From Verrucomicrobiota bacterium (GTDB lineage: Bacteria > Verrucomicrobiota > Verrucomicrobiia > Chthoniobacterales > Terrimicrobiaceae): a DNA stretch of 64,000 nucleotides. A program made the position numbers and the translations under genes. The notes beneath the pieces were generated by a model, which searched no databases, had not been told where the DNA came from, and saw only the letters and a program-made list of their open reading frames with translations. Positions 50,304-61,207 of the stretch are shown piece after piece; positions within the stretch are counted from its first letter, which is position 1; every line of letters starts with the position of its first letter. Location of the stretch: assembly GCA_026398255.1 (NCBI GenBank), contig JAPLTG010000007.1, forward strand, positions 41,786 to 105,785, in the 5' to 3' direction.

Positions 50304-51812
50304 ATGAATAACATCCTATCCATTTGCATTTTACTAGTATTACAAGCTTCGCTTCTATTTTCCCAGACGCCTTGGCAGGACTTCGTTAATGAGCAGAAAA
50401 CCAAAGCAGATGCTGGGGATCCAGATGCTCAAGGGATTTTGTCTACTTTAATTCAGCTCGGAGCCGCTTCTGTATCAAATGATCAAGCTTACTACCTTGC
50501 AATAAATTCTACAAATGCCTCAAGTTCTTTTGGTAAATATGCCCTTGGGCGTTGTTATGAATTAGGCATCGGAGTAGACAAGAATGACTTAAAGGCCCAC
50601 GATTTGTTTACCCAGTCAATTCCAAATCTTAAAAATATGGCAGTCCAAGGAAATTCATATGCTGCCTTTCTGATTGGAGGAGCTTATCTTAAAGGTCGCG
50701 GAGTTGACAAAGATGAGACTGAATCAGACAAATGGTTTTTAAAGTCTGCTGAAGATGGTAATGCGTTCTCCCAATATAACATTGGAAAGACCTACCAAGA
50801 AGGCCAAGGAGTAGAAAAAGACCCTGCTGCATCGGCTAAATGGATGCAATTATCAGCTGAAAATGGATATAAGCTTGCTCAAGTAGCATTAGGTGTTTAC
50901 TTTAATATTGGATATGGCGTCGCTAAAGATGATACCGAAGCTGCAAAGTGGTTTCACAAAGCAGCCGAGCAAGGGGATGCAAATGCACAAAGTAGCTTGG
51001 GCTTTTGCTACCAATACGGCAAAGGGGTATCAAAAGACGATGCCAAGGCTCTTAAATGGTATCTCAAAGCCGCTGAGCAGGGAGATGCGCTACATCAATC
51101 AGCTTTGGGCCTATATTATTCTAATGGAGGTGGATTAAAAGAAACTGACAATATGGAATTTGCTACTAAATACCTTGCCCAAGCTAGAGAAGAGGCTGTA
51201 AAGTGGTTTCGCAAAGCTGCAGAGCAAGGAAATTCGGGAGCTCAAAATAACTTAGGTGCATGCTATAAAGATGGCAAAGGAGTTCAAAAAGACATTACGG
51301 AAGCTATCAAATGGTTCCAAAAATCAGCTGAACAGAATGACCCTCATGCTCTAACTAATTTGGGAGATTGTTATTTTGAAGGCGTAGGTTTCCCAAAAGA
51401 TTTAGAAGCAGCAGAAAAATACTATCGTAAGGCAATTAGCCAAGGTTTTAGTGAAGCTGAAAAAAAACTTAATAAGATACCTTCAATACGGAGCCAGAAA
51501 ATTAAGGAAAATATTATTGATGCTAAGAAGAGGTATATGGAAATGGCAATTGACGATGCGCCTGTCCTCTCATCTGGACCATCAAAAGAAGTTATTATTG
51601 ATGGAATGTTGCCTTTATGCAGTGTTTTAGAAAATCAATATAAAGACACTTCATTTAAAATCCAGCGTGGCAACACTCAAATATCTAACGGCTACAAAGG
51701 TATTCCAATTGGTGTGGAAATGTTTCCAATCAGATTAAGTGGCTCCCAAATACAATTTACATATTATTTCTATCAAGATGAATTCGATGATTGGAAAATT
51801 GTAGAAAAGTAA
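50304..51812 (+). CDS. Secreted Sel1-like repeat (SLR/TPR-family) protein with an unassigned ~110-aa C-terminal domain
   Basis: Signal peptide MNNILSICILLVLQASLLFSQ, followed by about 9-10 Sel1 repeats (e.g. AKWFHKAAEQGDANAQSSLGFCYQYGKGVSKDDAKALKWYLKAAEQGD). Confidence 0.85.
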   Translation: MNNILSICILLVLQASLLFSQTPWQDFVNEQKTKADAGDPDAQGILSTLIQLGAASVSNDQAYYLAINSTNASSSFGKYALGRCYELGIGVDKNDLKAHDLFTQSIPNLKNMAVQGNSYAAFLIGGAYLKGRGVDKDETESDKWFLKSAEDGNAFSQYNIGKTYQEGQGVEKDPAASAKWMQLSAENGYKLAQVALGVYFNIGYGVAKDDTEAAKWFHKAAEQGDANAQSSLGFCYQYGKGVSKDDAKALKWYLKAAEQGDALHQSALGLYYSNGGGLKETDNMEFATKYLAQAREEAVKWFRKAAEQGNSGAQNNLGACYKDGKGVQKDITEAIKWFQKSAEQNDPHALTNLGDCYFEGVGFPKDLEAAEKYYRKAISQGFSEAEKKLNKIPSIRSQKIKENIIDAKKRYMEMAIDDAPVLSSGPSKEVIIDGMLPLCSVLENQYKDTSFKIQRGNTQISNGYKGIPIGVEMFPIRLSGSQIQFTYYFYQDEFDDWKIVEK

Positions 51813-52230
51813 ATAACCGGAACCAGCTGTTGGGGACTTTTCGAGTAAAGGCTTATGTCCTTCACATTGTCATATTTTGTAGATGCTCTGAAAGCAGGAT
51901 AGCCAAAAAACATTCGCAGAAATTACGGTGTGGGAGTTTCTTTCTGCCATAAACTCCCAATTTCTCGCCCGTCCGACAATTCAACCCTCCAGTAAATCAC
52001 CCAGAGGGACGATGCCGATGCGGGACGAGGTTTGGCCGTGGATGATTGTGCCGCAGCGGTCGTCGACATTTGTGCACACAGCCTCCCGCTTGTCGGGTGC
52101 GGAGCGGAGGTGGGGTCCGCGTGCGGCTGATTATGCGTGAGCGTGGTCAGCTACATGTCATTTTTTCAGGAGACCTTTATGAGTGGATGCCGTCCAGCGT
52201 GGGAAAATCGTAATGTGTTACCATAATTCC

Positions 52231-52257
52231 CCTCCGCGTCCCAGCGCCTGCGGGAGG
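52231..52257 (-). repeat. Right arm, CGCAGAG-triplet type, bounding the low-GC island
   Basis: CCTCCGCGTCCCAGCGCCTGCGGGAGG. The stretch GCGTCCCAGCGCCT is identical to the arm at 13768, and its reverse complement pairs imperfectly with 49288-49316. Confidence 0.7.
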
Positions 52258-52454
52258 AGTTGGTTTGTTTGAGACGGCGCTTTTTCCCCCTTAGCCTTGG
52301 GTCCGCTCGGCGAGCCTCCCCTACCCAAGGCTTTTCGATTCGTGCTGATCGCTGTTAAAAATGCACCGGATTCCAACTCACTCCGGCGCTTATTTACAGC
52401 GCTGAGGCCATTTCAATCATTGTGTATAAACTTCGTATTTTGCTTCGTGTGAGG

Positions 52455-52544
52455 GTCCCCTCCCCCATCCCTGCCGCCGAGTGGATGTGGACGATCACTC
52501 CAATTAGTGAGTCTGGCCTGCTGGCCAAAGAGCGCATTGTCTAG
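52455..52544 (+). pseudogene. Relic of the 3' end of a paralog/ancestor of the 48596..49285 gene
   Basis: Own translation VPSPIPAAEWMWTITPISESGLLAKERIV* against HPLPHPAAEWSWLISPPGESVPDPEERLV in the intact gene gives about 15/29 identical. Shared DNA stretches are TCCCCTCCCCCA and GCCGCCGAGTGG. In-frame stops lie upstream. Confidence 0.55.
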
Positions 52545-52646
52545 GCTTTCGTGATAAGGGCCTGAAAAGAATTTCGCTGGTTTTTCCCGAAAAGTCAGTA
52601 TGAGTTTGTAATGACCCCCTGTTCAACAAACACAATCTATCACAAA

Positions 52647-52976
52647 ATGAGTTATATTTATTTATCGATTGCCGTTCTAGCGGAGGTGGCGGGGACATCG
52701 TTTCTCAAGGCCACGGAGGGATTCACGAGACCGGGTCCAACGGCGTTTGTTCTTGTCGCTTACGGTCTGGCTTTTTGGATGTTGTCTTTGTCCTTGAAAA
52801 CCATGGCGGTGGCGATTGTCTATGCGCTCTGGTGCGGCGCGGGGATCGTGCTCATAGCCGTCATTGGCTGGTTTGTTCTCAAGCAACCACTGGATGTTCC
52901 CGCGCTGATCGGGATTGGTTTGATTCTGGCCGGGGTGGTCGTGATCAATCTCTTTTCCTCTTCGGTCCGTCATTAA
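52647..52976 (+). CDS. SMR-family small multidrug/quaternary-cation efflux protein (EmrE/SugE-like)
   Basis: 109 aa with 4 TM segments. Starts MSYIYLSIAVLAEVAGTSFLK with the conserved membrane Glu. Start moved to the ATG at 52647. Confidence 0.85.
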   Translation: MSYIYLSIAVLAEVAGTSFLKATEGFTRPGPTAFVLVAYGLAFWMLSLSLKTMAVAIVYALWCGAGIVLIAVIGWFVLKQPLDVPALIGIGLILAGVVVINLFSSSVRH

Positions 52977-52991
52977 CAATTCCCCCCACCC

Positions 52992-53768
52992 TTGCCAATG
53001 AGCGCGGATTTTTTTTCGGCCGGATCCTCGGACTACGCGAGATACCGCCCGCGCTATCCTGAGGATTGGTTCGATTGGCTTGCCGCTCAGTGTTCCGTGC
53101 GGAGTTTGGCGTGGGATTGCGCCTGCGGGAGCGGTCAAGCCACCGAGGAATTGGCGCGCCGGTTCGAAAAAATCATCGCGACCGACGTCAGCTCCGCCCA
53201 ACTCCGGAATGCTCCCCTCCTCCCGAATGTCGAATGGAGATTGGCTTCCGGCGAAGCGAGTGGATTGGATGCCAGGAGTATCGATTTGGTAACGGTCGCC
53301 CAAGCTCTCCACTGGCTGGACCTGCCGAGGTTTTGGCATGAGTGCCGTCGCGTTTTGAAGCCCGAGGGGATTATCGCGGTCTGGGGCTATGGCATCGCGA
53401 GCTTGAGTCACCCATCGGTCAATCAGGTTTTCCAGGATTTCTATCACGGAGTGGTTGGCGAATATTGGCCGAAGGAACGCCGGATCGTCGAAGAGGGCTA
53501 TGTGGGCGTCGATTTTCCATTTCAAGAAATCCCTGGGTCGGCCTTTGAGATGGTGCAATCTTGGGATGTCGAGCATCTCGCGGGATACTGCTCGAGTTGG
53601 TCCGCCACAGACCGCTACCGCAAGGCAACGGGCCATGATCCGATCCCTGAGTTGAGGGCGAAACTGACGCGAGAACTTGGTTCTGCAACCACTCAAATCC
53701 TCTGGCCGTTCTTCGCTAGAGCCGGCCGAATGTTCCATGTGGAACAAAACGCAGAAGAAGAAAATTAA
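52992..53768 (+). CDS. Class I SAM-dependent methyltransferase
   Basis: Motif I is AWDCACGSGQATEEL and the post-II region is VAQALHWLD...LKPEGIIAVWGY. The C-terminal tail and the stop codon lie in repeat elements. Confidence 0.8.
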   Translation: MPMSADFFSAGSSDYARYRPRYPEDWFDWLAAQCSVRSLAWDCACGSGQATEELARRFEKIIATDVSSAQLRNAPLLPNVEWRLASGEASGLDARSIDLVTVAQALHWLDLPRFWHECRRVLKPEGIIAVWGYGIASLSHPSVNQVFQDFYHGVVGEYWPKERRIVEEGYVGVDFPFQEIPGSAFEMVQSWDVEHLAGYCSSWSATDRYRKATGHDPIPELRAKLTRELGSATTQILWPFFARAGRMFHVEQNAEEEN

Positions 53769-53860
53769 CCACGGAGGGCACGGAGGGCATGGAGAATGAA
53801 GGAAGAATTGCCTTCGCTGTCTTGATTTTCCTCTGTGCTCTCGGTGTCCTCTGTGGTCAA
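53765..53860. repeat. CACGGAG/CACAGAG-triplet inverted-repeat hairpin
   Basis: Left arm TTAACCACGGAGGGCACGGAGGGCATGGAG (53765-53794). Right arm CCTCTGTGCTCTCGGTGTCCTCTGTGGTCAA (53830-53860). The TAA stop of the methyltransferase (53766-53768) lies inside TTAACC. Confidence 0.75.
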
Positions 53861-53875
53861 ATCCTCGTTTAACCC

Positions 53876-54337
53876 ATGAATCCCACGCTCCATGTCGTTC
53901 TCGTCGAACCCGAAATCCCACCGAATACGGGCAATGTGGCGAGGCTTTGCTTGGCGGTCGGGGCGCGTCTGCATCTCGTGGGGCCGTTGGGATTTTCCTT
54001 GGATGAAAAGGCGCTCCACCGCGCGGGAATGGATTACTGGAAGGAATGCGATGTGAGGCTTTGGGATTCCTTTGAAACTCTCCGTGCCGAAGCAGGCGAG
54101 GGGTCGAGGTTTTGGTTTTTTACAACGAAGGCCAAGCGGGGCTTATGGGAGGGGGAATTTCAGAAAGGTGATTGGTTGGTTTTCGGAAGGGAATCGAAGG
54201 GTTTGCCCGAATCGCTGCTTCATGCGAACGCGGAGTCGTGCCTGAGAATTCCAATGCGAAGTGAGGCCCGCAGTTTAAATCTGGCGACCTCGGTTGGGAT
54301 CGGTGTTTTCGAGGCATTGCGGCAGGGGGCTTATTGA
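53876..54337 (+). CDS. trmL: tRNA (cytidine/uridine-2'-O)-methyltransferase TrmL (SpoU family)
   Basis: Contains LHVVLVEPEIPPNTGNVARLC...LVGPLGF...FGRESKGLP...SLNLATSVGI. Confidence 0.88.
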   Translation: MNPTLHVVLVEPEIPPNTGNVARLCLAVGARLHLVGPLGFSLDEKALHRAGMDYWKECDVRLWDSFETLRAEAGEGSRFWFFTTKAKRGLWEGEFQKGDWLVFGRESKGLPESLLHANAESCLRIPMRSEARSLNLATSVGIGVFEALRQGAY

Positions 54338-54364
54338 CCACAGAGAACACAGAGTTCACAGAGG
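54334..54364 (+). repeat. Solo CACAGAG-triplet arm
   Basis: TTGACCACAGAGAACACAGAGTTCACAGAGG. The trmL TGA stop (54335-54337) lies inside TTGACC. I found no partner arm before secA. Confidence 0.7.
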
Positions 54365-54693
54365 AGGGGAAGGGAGGGTTTTTGCGGATTCGGGTGTTCC
54401 ATTTGAAACAAGTCGGGAATTTTATGGAGATCGAGAAAAAACCGAGGCCCTAAAATGGCAGGGAAGGGCTGTTTCTCGGAAATGGAAGGGGGTATGTGCG
54501 GAAGCGGGGGTCGCACAGTTTTAGGGCGATTTACGGCGAATTAGAAAGGGGTCGGTTTTTCGGGTGTATTTTGTAGCCACCCCACTCTGCTGGGATGCAA
54601 ACGGGTGGCATTGTTGGGAGCGGCTCGTGGAACGGCAGAGGACTGCCGTTTCTACAACAGAGTGGTTTGTTCCATGTGGAACAAATTCCGAGA

Positions 54694-57666
<2,973 letters not shown>

Positions 57667-57882
57667 GATGAAAATTTGAACCGGCTATCTAAGTGGGAAG
57701 GCGGGTTTTTTGGAATGAGGAAATTCTCAGGAGAAAGCCCTAGAAAAGTTAAAGCCCGCCGCAGCGAATGCTACAGCGGGCTTTTGTTCCCCCCAGAACG
57801 CAGATGACAATATCGGGATTTGTTTTACCGGCAATAGATTTTTTTATTTTTTTTCAGGGGCGGGGCGAGGAGTGTTTGGACG

Positions 57883-58305
57883 ATGAAAAATCCGGATGTG
57901 CGGTGGATTCAGCGATTCGACAATTACAAGAAGGCGTTGATGCAATTGCAGGACGCCGTGGCGTTGGCGGGGCAGCGCAAGTTGAGCGGTCTCGAGCGGC
58001 AGGGGCTCGTTCAAGCCTTCGAGTTCACGCACGAGCTCGCATGGAACACGCTGAAGGATTTTTTGGAAGAACGCGGCCAAGCCCGCCTCTACGGATCGCG
58101 CGATGCGACGAGAGCGGCTTTCGCGGCTGGGCTCCTCGCCGATGGAGAGCTCTGGATGAGGATGATCGCGAGCCGGAACCAGACAACACACACCTACAAC
58201 GAGGAAACGGTGGAGGACATTTGTGGAGCGATTATTGGCGATTATGAGCCGGCCTTTCACGGGCTTCACGAAAGCCTGTCGAAGTTGGAGAAGGAGGCGG
58301 AATGA
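57883..58305 (+). CDS. HI0074-family nucleotidyltransferase substrate-binding protein (HEPN toxin-like)
   Basis: Contains RWIQRFDNYKKAL...FEFTHELAWNTLKDFL and the Rx4H motif SRNQTTHTY. Confidence 0.8.
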   Translation: MKNPDVRWIQRFDNYKKALMQLQDAVALAGQRKLSGLERQGLVQAFEFTHELAWNTLKDFLEERGQARLYGSRDATRAAFAAGLLADGELWMRMIASRNQTTHTYNEETVEDICGAIIGDYEPAFHGLHESLSKLEKEAE

Positions 58306-58613
58306 CGGAGGGCGTGGCTGTGCCGGAGAGCGTGGCCAAAAGCATCTGCGAGATTTTGGGCAGGCACCCGAATGTCCGCCGCGCCGTTCTATTCGGCTCG
58401 CGGGCGAAGGGAAATTTCCGTGAGGGATCGGATATCGATCTGGCGCTGGAGGGCGAGGGGCTGGACGAGCGGGAACTATCGCTCTTGATCGGCGAATTCG
58501 ATGACGCGCCGATCGCGCATCGTGTGGACATTTTGCTGAAAGAAAAAATCGACCATCCCGCGCTGCTGGAGCACATCGAGCGGGTTGGACGGGTTTTCTA
58601 CGAGCGGGGCTGA
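58302..58613 (+). CDS. Minimal nucleotidyltransferase (MNT antitoxin-like)
   Basis: Contains the NTase motif LFGSRAKGNFREGSDIDLAL. Its start forms an ATGA overlap with the upstream HEPN gene. Confidence 0.8.
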   Translation: MTEGVAVPESVAKSICEILGRHPNVRRAVLFGSRAKGNFREGSDIDLALEGEGLDERELSLLIGEFDDAPIAHRVDILLKEKIDHPALLEHIERVGRVFYERG

Positions 58614-59065
58614 GGGGTGAGTCGGCGGTGCCGGCGGATTTCGAATTCGGCGGTGGCAAGGAGGACTTCGCCGGAGTCGAATTGGTCCTCGAAGGCAGGA
58701 AAGAAGGCGTCGCCAGGTGTTTCGAGGTTCACGCGGGTGAGGAGGATTTCGGTGCAGCGTGGAAGGAGCGCGGCGTAGAGTTCGGCGCCGCCGATGAGGT
58801 AGAGATTTTTCCCTTCGGGCGGGGCGGGGATTTCCTCGAGGGAGCGAAAAACTCGCACGCTGGGGATTTCGGCTCGGCGGGAGAGGATCCAATTCTCGCG
58901 GCCCTGGAGGGGTTTTCCGATCGAGTCGTAGGTCTTGCGGCCCATGAGGACGACATGGCCAAGCGTGGTGCGTTTGAAAAATTTCAAATCCTCGGAGAGG
59001 TGCCACGGGATGCGGCCCTCGAGGCCAATCGCGCGGTTGCGGGACATCGCGACGATGGCGATCAT
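58598..59065 (-). CDS. folA: Dihydrofolate reductase
   Basis: Starts [50 protein letters not shown]. Its start forms an ATGA overlap with thyA. Confidence 0.9.
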   Translation of the reverse strand: MIAIVAMSRNRAIGLEGRIPWHLSEDLKFFKRTTLGHVVLMGRKTYDSIGKPLQGRENWILSRRAEIPSVRVFRSLEEIPAPPEGKNLYLIGGAELYAALLPRCTEILLTRVNLETPGDAFFPAFEDQFDSGEVLLATAEFEIRRHRRLTPQPRS

Positions 59066-59856
59066 ATCGAGATTGGGGCTTTGATGGCGGGGTGGGGGTC
59101 GTAGCCCTCGAGCGTGAAATCCTCGAGCGTGAAATCCTCGAGGCGGCGGCGCTCGGGATTCAGGATCATGCGGGGGAGGGGTCGGAACTCACGGGTGAGT
59201 TGCTCGCGGGCTTGGTCGAGGTGGTTGTTGTAAAGGTGGAGGTCGCCGAAGGAGTGGACGAAGTCGCCGGGGCGGAGGTTGCAGACTTGCGCGACCATCA
59301 TGGTGAGGAGTGCGTAGGAAGCGATGTTGAACGGAACGCCGAGGAAGAGGTCCGCGCTGCGCTGATAGAGTTGGCAACTCAACTCGCCGTCCTGCACAAA
59401 AAATTGGAACAGCGCGTGGCAGGGCGCGAGCGCCATGAGGTCAAGTTCCGCAGGATTCCAAGCCGAGACGATGAGTCGGCGGCTGTCGGGATTTTTTTGG
59501 ATATCGGCGACGACGCAGGCGATTTGATCGACGATGGTGCCATCGAATCCGCGCCAGGAGCGCCACTGCGCACCATAGACACGGCCGAGGTCACCATTTT
59601 CATCGGCCCACTCGTCCCAGATCGTGACTTTATTTTCGCGGAGGTAGGCTATGTTGGTCTCGCCTTTAAGGAACCACAGCAACTCGTGGATGATCGAGCG
59701 GAGGTGGAGTTTTTTAGTGGTGAGAAGAGGGAATCCTTCGCGCAGATCGAAGCGTTCCTGAGCGCCAAAGATCGAAATCGTGCCGGTGCCGGTGCGGTCG
59801 AATTTTGGCCGACCATTTTCTAGGACGAGCCGGAGGAGGCGATGGTATTGCTGCAT
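59062..59856 (-). CDS. thyA: Thymidylate synthase (ThyA)
   Basis: Contains [12 protein letters not shown]...[10 protein letters not shown]...[10 protein letters not shown]...DLHLYNNH. Confidence 0.95.
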   Translation of the reverse strand: MQQYHRLLRLVLENGRPKFDRTGTGTISIFGAQERFDLREGFPLLTTKKLHLRSIIHELLWFLKGETNIAYLRENKVTIWDEWADENGDLGRVYGAQWRSWRGFDGTIVDQIACVVADIQKNPDSRRLIVSAWNPAELDLMALAPCHALFQFFVQDGELSCQLYQRSADLFLGVPFNIASYALLTMMVAQVCNLRPGDFVHSFGDLHLYNNHLDQAREQLTREFRPLPRMILNPERRRLEDFTLEDFTLEGYDPHPAIKAPISI

Positions 59857-59875
59857 GGACGCCCGCCGGGAGGTC

Positions 59876-61180
59876 TCAGCTCCGACCGATGCTGGTGTAT
59901 TGGAACCCGGCAGCGCGGACGGTGTCGGGGTTGAGGAGATTGCGACCGTCGAAAATCAATGCGGTGTGCATGACCTTTTTGAGTTCGCTGAGATCGACGG
60001 TGGTGAATTCCTTCCATTCGGTGGCGATGATGAGGGCTTCCGCTCCGGTGGCGGCTTCGAGCGGAGTTTTGGCGACCTTGGCTCCCTTGATGAGATCGAA
60101 CTCGAGGGCCTTTTCCGTGCCTTTCGGATCATAGACGGTGACTTCGGCGCCTTCTTTGAGGAGGTCGTTGACGAGATCAATCGCCACGGAGCACCGGACA
60201 TCGTCGGTGTCGGGTTTGAAAGCGAGGCCCCAGACAGCGATTTTTTTGTCCTTCAGCACCCAAAGCGATTCACGAATTTTGGAAAGGAAACGCTCGCGCT
60301 GGGAGTGGTTGATTTTTTCGACTTCCTTAAGAAGCGTGAAGGGAACGCCGAGATCCTCGCTGATGGCGATGAAGGCGGCGATGTCTTTCGGGAAGCAGGA
60401 TCCTCCGTAGCCGATGCCGGCGTTGAGGAAATTGCGGCCGATGCGCTTGTCCGAGCCAATGCCGTCGGCGACTTTTTCGACATCCGCACCGCTGGCTTCG
60501 CAGATGCGGGCGACGGCGTTGATGTAGGAAATCTTGAGGGCCAAAAAGGAATTCGCCGCGTGCTTGATGAGTTCGGCCGAGTTGATATCCGTCACGAGGA
60601 CGGGTGCCATGAACGGCTCGTAGATTTTTTGCATCATCGCAACGGCGCGCTCGCTGTTTCCGCCGATGACGATGCGGTCGGGCTTCATGAGGTCCGGCAC
60701 CGCGCAACCTTCGCGGAGAAATTCCGGATTACTCACGACATCAAATTCCGCGCCGCCTTTGTTATAGCGGCGGATCGTGTCGGCGACTTTCTCGCCGGTT
60801 TTCACGGGCACGGTGCTCTTGTCGACGATCACGCGGTATTGGCCGGGCTTGAGGACTGCGGAAATCTCGCGGGCGACTTTCTCGATGTAGGAAAGATCGA
60901 CGCTACCATCGGGCTGTGGCGGCGTGGGGACGGCGATGAAAACAACATCGGAACCATCCACACCTTCTTCGGTGCTGGTGGTGAAGTGCAGGCGCTTGGC
61001 AGCGACATTGCGGTGGAGAAGGTCCTCGAGGCCAGGTTCATAAATGGGAACTTTTCCGGCACGGAGTTGTTCGACTTTTTTCGCATTGTTATCGACGCAA
61101 ATCACGTTGTGGCCGACTTCGGCGAAGCAAGCGCCAGAGACGAGACCGACATATCCGGATCCAATAATGCAGAGTTTCAT
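59876..61180 (-). CDS. ugd: UDP-glucose 6-dehydrogenase
   Basis: Contains [26 protein letters not shown]...GGSCFPKD. Confidence 0.9.
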   Translation of the reverse strand: MKLCIIGSGYVGLVSGACFAEVGHNVICVDNNAKKVEQLRAGKVPIYEPGLEDLLHRNVAAKRLHFTTSTEEGVDGSDVVFIAVPTPPQPDGSVDLSYIEKVAREISAVLKPGQYRVIVDKSTVPVKTGEKVADTIRRYNKGGAEFDVVSNPEFLREGCAVPDLMKPDRIVIGGNSERAVAMMQKIYEPFMAPVLVTDINSAELIKHAANSFLALKISYINAVARICEASGADVEKVADGIGSDKRIGRNFLNAGIGYGGSCFPKDIAAFIAISEDLGVPFTLLKEVEKINHSQRERFLSKIRESLWVLKDKKIAVWGLAFKPDTDDVRCSVAIDLVNDLLKEGAEVTVYDPKGTEKALEFDLIKGAKVAKTPLEAATGAEALIIATEWKEFTTVDLSELKKVMHTALIFDGRNLLNPDTVRAAGFQYTSIGRS

Positions 61181-61207
61181 GGGTGTTGTTTTATGAAGTG
61201 AAAATTC

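Larger units (their letters stand above)
49291..52257. other. ~2.9-kb low-GC island bracketed by an inverted pair of CGCAGAG-type arms
   Basis: There is a sharp drop in GC (by eye ~40% across 49.75-51.85 kb against high-50s in the flanks). It carries two AT-rich ORFs, and I recognise no integrase or transposase. Confidence 0.6.

Noticed and set aside
51950-52110. Minus-strand frame reading ...DKREAVCTNVDDRCGTIIHGQTSSRIGIVPLGDLLEG*, which superficially recalls the C-terminus of a MazF/PemK-type toxin
   Set aside because: It has no start codon, an in-frame stop about 50 codons upstream, and the characteristic Q.R..D..RL pattern is absent. It is too weak to call even as a pseudogene.
52677-53921. 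414-aa minus-strand ORF spanning the SMR and methyltransferase genes
   Set aside because: Both plus-strand genes have clear family motifs. The minus-strand product is Arg/Pro/Gly-rich and also crosses a repeat hairpin.
48474-54364. Idea that the inverted-repeat hairpins are integron attC sites separating gene cassettes (an SMR qacE-like gene is nearby)
   Set aside because: There is no intI integrase or attI/Pc. The arm ends (TTRACCAC...GTGGTYAA) do not fit the RYYYAAC/GTTRRRY core sites. The genes between hairpins include core housekeeping genes (cysH, trmL), and arms also occur at unrelated loci (13.3 kb, 40.1 kb).
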